This document shows positions 58,564 through 64,000 of a DNA stretch of 64,000 nt, one piece after another. How positions within the stretch are numbered: the first letter of the stretch is position 1; every line of letters starts with the position of its first letter. The position numbers and the translations under genes are program-made. Source of the stretch: Thermoproteota archaeon (GTDB taxonomy: Archaea; Thermoproteota; Thermoprotei; Gearchaeales; Gearchaeaceae); the NCBI GenBank assembly GCA_032249235.1, contig JAVVGF010000002.1:1-64000 (forward strand), read 5' to 3'. The notes below the pieces were generated by a model. The model was not told the origin of the DNA. It ran no database searches and saw only the letters and a program-made list of their open reading frames with translations.

Positions 58564-59181
58564 GTGAATAAGAGGATTTACATTATTATTGGTGCAATTA
58601 TTATAGCTGCAATTGTGGTTCTGATGGTATATATTCAGTCTCAGCAAAGCCCTAAACTTGTTGGCACGACTGTTTTCAATCCACCTTTAAACACTTCAGA
58701 TTTTATCTTATATGATACAAACGGAAATAAAATAGAGCTGAATCAACTTTATGGAAAGGTAATAGCGATGTCTTTTGTATACAGAAATTGTCCAGATGTA
58801 TGCCCTATCATAATGAGGTATTTTAAACAAGTTGCAGATGAACTCAATAAAGAAGGATACAAAGGAAAATATATAATGCTACTTATATCAGTTGATCCTG
58901 ACAGAGATGCAATACAAGCTAAAAGTTTTATGGAAGAAATGGGTATGCCAGATGATGTACACTATCTAGTTTCACCAAAAGAAGAATTGCAAAATGTATG
59001 GAAGGCTTATGGCGTATTTGTAGAAATACCTACTAATAAGACAGGAAATTATACTGTTACTCATACAGCAATCACATATGTAATAGATAAACAATTAAGG
59101 ATAAGAGTAGCTTTTGGACACCCAGGATTTTGGTCGCCAAACGATTTATTACAAGATATGATAATATTAATCAAGGAATGA
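58564..59181 (+). CDS. SCO1/SenC copper chaperone
   Basis: N-terminal TM helix, CPDVCP, ISVDPDRD and HT (Cu ligand). Confidence 0.9.
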   Translation: MNKRIYIIIGAIIIAAIVVLMVYIQSQQSPKLVGTTVFNPPLNTSDFILYDTNGNKIELNQLYGKVIAMSFVYRNCPDVCPIIMRYFKQVADELNKEGYKGKYIMLLISVDPDRDAIQAKSFMEEMGMPDDVHYLVSPKEELQNVWKAYGVFVEIPTNKTGNYTVTHTAITYVIDKQLRIRVAFGHPGFWSPNDLLQDMIILIKE

Positions 59182-59804
59182 GAATTTCAAAACTTATTAA
59201 AAATAAAATTTTTGTTATAAGCTTCTTCATTACTATTATTTCCTATATAGTCTCATTAACAGTGATACAATGGATTTTAAGTCAACATCCACCTTCAAGT
59301 TTTGGCTTATTCAGCAGACCTGATTCGACTAAATTCATACCAAGCTATAATGATATTGTAATCATTTGGATAGCTTCGAAACAAACAGTAGCTGGCCAAT
59401 CTAATTTTGAATGGCTCACAACTATTACTTTAACATCTTTCCTCTTGCTTATTTTACTTGCCTTCATTTCTTCTATCAACATATCTCTTGCAGGTCAATT
59501 AAACATCGCAAAGAAAACCGCAACATGCGGAGCATTCACAAGCATAGCTGGCTTATCCTTAGCTACTTCTGCTATTTCTGCATGCCCAGCTTGCGGAACA
59601 GCTGCTACATTTACAATAGTACAAGCAATAATGGTTGGTTTAACAGGCTCTGCTATAGGAGCTTCAACTTTGTTTGTTAATATAAGTAATGCAATCCTAA
59701 TTTCAGCAATAATAATAAATTTGATACTCACATATGTATTGCTAAGGAAAATAAAGAAAGAAGAAATACTTAATATTAAATGGAAACCTATTATAAAGAA
59801 GTAA
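59178..59804 (+). CDS. Membrane protein with TCG and CPAC cysteine motifs
   Basis: About four TM helices. ATG 59178 overlaps the SCO stop codon. Confidence 0.65.
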   Translation: MRISKLIKNKIFVISFFITIISYIVSLTVIQWILSQHPPSSFGLFSRPDSTKFIPSYNDIVIIWIASKQTVAGQSNFEWLTTITLTSFLLLILLAFISSINISLAGQLNIAKKTATCGAFTSIAGLSLATSAISACPACGTAATFTIVQAIMVGLTGSAIGASTLFVNISNAILISAIIINLILTYVLLRKIKKEEILNIKWKPIIKK

Positions 59805-60307
59805 AAGTTGAAATTAAGATTGGCGATTTATTAGAAGAAAATGCTGAGGCAATAGTGAATCCTGCAAATTCATTAATGATAATGGGTGGAGGTGTAGCTG
59901 GAGCTATAAAAAATAAAGGTGGAAAAGAAATCGAAGAAGAAGCTTTGAAATATGCTCCAGTTCCAATAGGAAAAGCTATAGTAACTGGTGCAGGAAAGTT
60001 AAAAAGTAAATACGTTATTCATTCGCCTACAATGGAAAGACCTGCAATGCTGACTACCAAAGATAAAGTATATAATGCAACTAAAGCAGCATTAGAAGCA
60101 GCACATATAAAAAATATAAAAACCATAGCTTTTCCTGCAATGGGAACTGGAGTAGGAGGGTTATCTTTTAAAGAAGCTTCAGAAGCAATGATTAAAGCGA
60201 TTAAAGATGTGATAGATTCAGGTATAAAATTTGAAAGGATCAGCATAATTCTTAGAGAAAAAGAAGCCTATGACGAATTTAGTAAGGCTATTAAAATTTT
60301 GAAATGA
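59780..60307 (+). CDS. Macro domain protein (ADP-ribose binding/hydrolase, AF1521/YmdB-like)
   Basis: GDL, IVNPANS...GGGVAGAI and FPAMGTGVGG motifs. Confidence 0.92.
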   Translation: METYYKEVKVEIKIGDLLEENAEAIVNPANSLMIMGGGVAGAIKNKGGKEIEEEALKYAPVPIGKAIVTGAGKLKSKYVIHSPTMERPAMLTTKDKVYNATKAALEAAHIKNIKTIAFPAMGTGVGGLSFKEASEAMIKAIKDVIDSGIKFERISIILREKEAYDEFSKAIKILK

Positions 60308-61332
60308 AAGCAGTATTGATTTTTGGAAAGCTTGATGCTAGAGTTGTTGATGTAGATATACCTAAAATATCTGCTGATGAAATAAGGGTTAAATTACTTG
60401 AATGCGGAATTTGCGGGACTGATATAGAAAAATATGAAGGAGATTTTTTAACACCTCCTATTTTAGGGCATGAAACTGTTGGAATAATAGATGAAGTTGG
60501 AGAAGATATTAAAGAATTCAAAAAAGGACAGCGCGTATTTGTTCATCATCATGTACCCTGTAGAGTCTGTTATTATTGCCTTAAAGGGGATTTCACTTTA
60601 TGCGAACAGTTTATAAAATTTAATCTAGATCCTAGCGGCTTGGCAGAATATTTTAGAGTACCTAGCGAAATAGTAAGAAAGAAAGGAGTTTTCGCATTAA
60701 GCGATAAAATAAGCGATGATAGAGCTACATTTATCGAGCCATTGGCTTGCTGTATAAGGGCTCTTAATAAAATCAAGCCAGAAATAGGAGAAAACGTAGC
60801 AATTTTCGGTGGTGGGCCTGCAGGTTTACTTCATTTGTTATTATTAAATAAAGTATATGGAGCAAGAGTTGCAGTCGTTGAAATTAATGAAAAACGCTTA
60901 GAATTTGCTCAAAAAGTTGGTGCTGAAATATTAATTAACCCTTTAAAACATGACACGGTTGAAGAATTAAAAAAATGGTCTTATGGAAGAGGCGTCGATG
61001 TTGCAATCGTAGCTACAGGTAATGTTGAGGCAGTTAAACAAGCTTTGAAATCTTTAAGAAGAGGAGGAAAGCTATGTTTATTTGGAAGTCCTAAAAAAGG
61101 AACTGAAATAATCTTAGATTTAAGCTATGTTTTTATAAACGAGATCAAGATAATACCTTCCTATTCTACTACCGAATTCGAAATTATGCAATCTATATCT
61201 TTATTGGAAAGAAGCATAATCGAACCTGAGATACTAATATCACATAAATTCAAGCTAGAAGAAGCTGTAGAAGCATTGGAAAAAACAAGAAAAGGTGAAA
61301 CGATTAAGGCTGTGATTGTGAATACTAAATAA
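60304..61332 (+). CDS. Zn-dependent medium-chain alcohol/polyol dehydrogenase
   Basis: CGICGTD, GHE, CRVCYYC...C, EPLAC and GGGPAG motifs. Confidence 0.88.
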   Translation: MKAVLIFGKLDARVVDVDIPKISADEIRVKLLECGICGTDIEKYEGDFLTPPILGHETVGIIDEVGEDIKEFKKGQRVFVHHHVPCRVCYYCLKGDFTLCEQFIKFNLDPSGLAEYFRVPSEIVRKKGVFALSDKISDDRATFIEPLACCIRALNKIKPEIGENVAIFGGGPAGLLHLLLLNKVYGARVAVVEINEKRLEFAQKVGAEILINPLKHDTVEELKKWSYGRGVDVAIVATGNVEAVKQALKSLRRGGKLCLFGSPKKGTEIILDLSYVFINEIKIIPSYSTTEFEIMQSISLLERSIIEPEILISHKFKLEEAVEALEKTRKGETIKAVIVNTK

Positions 61333-62611
61333 GTACTGAATCTACGAGCTCTTCAAGATTTTCTTCTGAACTTGTTAAAACTTTATCAAAGCTTACGATA
61401 ACAAAATCTAAGCCTAATTCTTGAGCGTATCGATAGACTTCTAATAATTCTTGTTTTGTAGGATATCTAGCAATTTCTGCATATCTCTTATCATATTTTG
61501 AAGATAATGGATTGCAGAAATTATCAGGATGATATTGATACATAATATTGACTAAAACATCTGGCATGTTTTCGTTTATCCATTTCAAAACAGGTTTTGA
61601 GCAACATTCTACATGGTTTGGCATGATTAAATGTCTTATTACCATATTGTCTCCCCATTCATATACTAATTTATGATTTCTAGAAACAGTTTCGAAATAC
61701 CAAGGAGTTCGTGACAACTTTATAGCGCAATTATTATTACCGAATTTGAAATCAGGTAAGTAAATATCTACAATTTCTCTTAATAATTTCATAAGCTTAT
61801 CGCTCATGAAGAAATTTGAGTTCCACAAGATGGGGGCGTTGAATTCGTTGTTATAATAAGCATTTCGAGGATCCATTTTATAAATGAAGAAATCTGAATA
61901 TGCATTCAGAATATAATTTAGATCCCTTTGGGAAGGTTTCAATTCGCATAGTTCTCTTATTGCTTCAATTATTGTATGAAAATGAATAGTTGGTTCACCT
62001 CCTACAAGATTTATATTATGACATCCTTCCATTCTTAGTTGCCACATCATTAAAGCTAATTGCCTAGGTGTTATAGGAATTCCATTGAATCTATCTGTAC
62101 TAATATCGCCATTTTGACAAAAAGCACAGCGCATATTACAACTCGTGAAGAATATCGTGCCAGAGCCCATTGTGCCACGAAAAACTAATTCCTCTCCTCT
62201 ATGATGAAAATAGCTACTTACTCTGGAAATATCTTCTAATTGACATGTTCCCAGCTTTTCGCCTTTTGTTCTATCTACTCTACAATTCCATCTACAAAAT
62301 TCGCAATGCTTTAAAAGACGCTTGGCTAATTCAACTTTAAGATCAAGAAAGTTAGGACGGGCAACAGGTATATTTTCGATTTTAACTTCTTCATTCTTTA
62401 CCTTTTGAAATAAATCAAGGAATTCTTCAGAAAGTCTATCATGTTCTTTCCATAATTCATCTTCATCAGAATTTCTAAGAACTAAAGAACAAGGAATACG
62501 TCTGCAAATCAAATATTTTGCAGGCTTCTTATTTATAGAAACCTCATAATACCAATTTAATTTCCTTCTTATATTCTCATATGACCAAACCCAAAGTTTT
62601 TCAAAACTCAT
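61325..62611 (-). CDS. Radical SAM protein, PflX-like
   Basis: CEFCRWNCRVDR, HRGEE, SGTIFF.SCNMRCAFCQN, YLPDFKFG and RHLIMPNH motifs. Confidence 0.85.
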   Translation of the reverse strand: MSFEKLWVWSYENIRRKLNWYYEVSINKKPAKYLICRRIPCSLVLRNSDEDELWKEHDRLSEEFLDLFQKVKNEEVKIENIPVARPNFLDLKVELAKRLLKHCEFCRWNCRVDRTKGEKLGTCQLEDISRVSSYFHHRGEELVFRGTMGSGTIFFTSCNMRCAFCQNGDISTDRFNGIPITPRQLALMMWQLRMEGCHNINLVGGEPTIHFHTIIEAIRELCELKPSQRDLNYILNAYSDFFIYKMDPRNAYYNNEFNAPILWNSNFFMSDKLMKLLREIVDIYLPDFKFGNNNCAIKLSRTPWYFETVSRNHKLVYEWGDNMVIRHLIMPNHVECCSKPVLKWINENMPDVLVNIMYQYHPDNFCNPLSSKYDKRYAEIARYPTKQELLEVYRYAQELGLDFVIVSFDKVLTSSEENLEELVDSVLI

Positions 62612-62625
62612 CTAATAATACAATG

Positions 62626-62931
62626 TTACAAAAGACCTTTATTTCTTAATATTTCATCCAATTTTTTAGCATCTCTACAAATAATATGCAAAGTTGTGTT
62701 CTCTTTTATGTCCAAGTCTCTGATTCTTTTACTATCGTCTATTTCCCTGTTTTTATAGATTATTTTGAAAAGTTCTGGATGATCTGAAAGTTTATATTTT
62801 TCTAATATACGCTTTTTTAAATTAAAGATACTTTCGTTAGGATCGATTTCTAAATTTACAATTTTTTTATTAAAGATAGAAAAAGAAATTGTTTCTTTAA
62901 AAATAAAAGTCTCGTTTATTCTTATTTTCAC
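62626..62931 (-). CDS. Ubiquitin-like (eukaryote-type beta-grasp) protein without C-terminal GG
   Basis: KIVNLEIDPNESIFNLKKRILEK...KIIYKNREIDDSKRIRDLDIKENTTLHIICR aligns by eye with ubiquitin 11-72. The GTG start overlaps the htpX stop. Confidence 0.75.
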   Translation of the reverse strand: MKIRINETFIFKETISFSIFNKKIVNLEIDPNESIFNLKKRILEKYKLSDHPELFKIIYKNREIDDSKRIRDLDIKENTTLHIICRDAKKLDEILRNKGLL

Positions 62932-63806
62932 ATTATATAAATGCCCATTTCCTTAGCTATTTGTTTTAGTCTTTCTATTCTTTTCTTAGTTGAAGGATGT
63001 GTTGAGAACCATTCAATAACATCCTCAGCAGTGATGCCCTTTCTAAAAGGATTTGCTATCCATAGAGATGCCGTTGTTTGTGGAGCATCCAACCTTGCTC
63101 CAGACATTATGTAGTTTTCTATTTTAGTTAGAGCTGAAATTAAATCTTGAGGTTTGCCAGTCAATTTTGCAGAAGTATAATCAGCAAGATATTCTCTAGC
63201 TCTAGATATTGCTAATTGAATCAAAGATGCTGTAAACGGTGCAAGAATATAAGTTGCTAGCGCTAGCGCTACTTCACCTCCATTCCTACCTCTTGCTAAT
63301 ACTACTAAGAACAAGAAATATGCCAACCAGGTGATTGCTGAAGCAATAGCAGCAGCAATCGTAGCAACTAGCACGTCTCTATTAACAACATGTCCTATTT
63401 CATGACCGAATACAGCTTCCAATTCGTCATCATTCATTATTGTTAACAAACCCGTAGTAGCTGCTACAACAGCATGACCGGGACCTCTTCCTGTAGCAAA
63501 AGCATTGGGTTGAGGTGCATTAACGATAGCCACTTTTGGCTTCTTTATTCCTGCTTTCGCAGCAACTCTTTCAACGATTCTATGCAATCTAGGAGCTTCA
63601 GCTTCGCTTACTATTCTTGCTCCAGCACTGTAAAGTACAAGCTTATCTGATATAAAGTAGAAAATAATATTGAGTATTAAGGACATTATGAGGAAAGCAA
63701 AAGCTACTGCAATACCTCCAATCAGGTAACCTATACCTATTAATATCGCTCCTAATAATGCCATTAAAAGAACCGTTTTAACATAAATCTTCAATGCATA
63801 TGCCAT
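62928..63806 (-). CDS. htpX: Membrane zinc metalloprotease HtpX (M48)
   Basis: PNAFATG, HEIGH, SRAREYLAD and FSTHP motifs. Confidence 0.95.
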   Translation of the reverse strand: MAYALKIYVKTVLLMALLGAILIGIGYLIGGIAVAFAFLIMSLILNIIFYFISDKLVLYSAGARIVSEAEAPRLHRIVERVAAKAGIKKPKVAIVNAPQPNAFATGRGPGHAVVAATTGLLTIMNDDELEAVFGHEIGHVVNRDVLVATIAAAIASAITWLAYFLFLVVLARGRNGGEVALALATYILAPFTASLIQLAISRAREYLADYTSAKLTGKPQDLISALTKIENYIMSGARLDAPQTTASLWIANPFRKGITAEDVIEWFSTHPSTKKRIERLKQIAKEMGIYIM

Positions 63807-63880
63807 TTCGATTATTAATTTAAAGAAGCTTATTTTTAAACTTTTAGTCAGACTTAAATTTATTGAAGAAGTAATAAGTG

Positions 63881-64000
63881 ATGGTGGCTGTTCCTAAATT
63901 GATGCCTGATGAAATCATTTCAAGAGCAGTATATCCTATGATAAGAGCAATGATTGCTAAGCGCCTTGTTGAGAGATATCATTTTAATCAAAAAGAAGTC
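63881..64000 (+). CDS. HTH transcriptional regulator (COG2522-like; truncated by window end)
   Basis: MVAVPKLMPDEIISRAVYPMIRAMIAKRLVERYHFNQKEV fits the P.E....P.IRA.IA..L.....Q.E pattern that precedes an HTH. Confidence 0.65.
   Translation, partial: MVAVPKLMPDEIISRAVYPMIRAMIAKRLVERYHFNQKEV

Noticed and set aside
14709-60307. GcvH-like + LplA + macrodomain as a SirTM-type lipoyl/ADP-ribosylation system
   Set aside because: The macro gene is about 45 kb away, no sirtuin is present, and the H-like domain lacks the lipoyl Lys.
3004-60776. Numerous 60-130 aa antisense or alternate-frame ORFs (e.g. 3004-3210, 13487-13708, 15504-15824, 27547-27930, 41578-41931, 59411-59680)
   Set aside because: They lie within well-supported genes and have no motifs. 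The Cys-rich ones are frame shadows of hydrophobic genes.
1-64000. CRISPR array, tRNA or rRNA genes
   Set aside because: No regularly spaced repeats or GC-rich structural RNA genes were seen. The intergenic gaps are short and AT-rich.

Overview
AT-rich chromosomal segment of a thermophilic or hyperthermophilic archaeon, probably TACK/Thermoproteota-like. Indicators are reverse gyrase, XerA, RbkR, pantoate kinase, MptD/MptE, a ThermoDBP-related protein, a crenarchaeal-type SSB and apparently leaderless genes behind TATA boxes. The window is gene-dense and mostly housekeeping or energy metabolism: a CopA copper locus, a split complex I-like nuo cluster (ABCDHI / JKN, no L/M here) divergent from frdABCD, a methanopterin-type pterin cluster, the pyrFEBIC genes, fixAB-C-X, mdh, rgy and htpX. 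The ORF track misses a 49-aa YHS/TRASH chaperone, a box C/D sRNA, a probable IS200/IS605 scar and two edge-truncated genes. The most unusual items are: (1) a stand-alone eukaryote-type ubiquitin-fold protein with no C-terminal GG, translationally coupled to htpX and followed by a radical SAM gene; (2) an LbpA/GcvH-TusA fusion lacking the lipoyl lysine, which sits inside the nuo cluster together with a rhodanese, near a catalytically degenerate lipoate ligase; (3) a threonine-synthase-like/wHTH fusion lacking the PLP lysine; (4) a SET-domain methyltransferase; (5) a tandem ThyX with complementary degenerate halves. No tRNA, rRNA or CRISPR array was seen. All assignments come from motif recognition by eye, and no searches were run.
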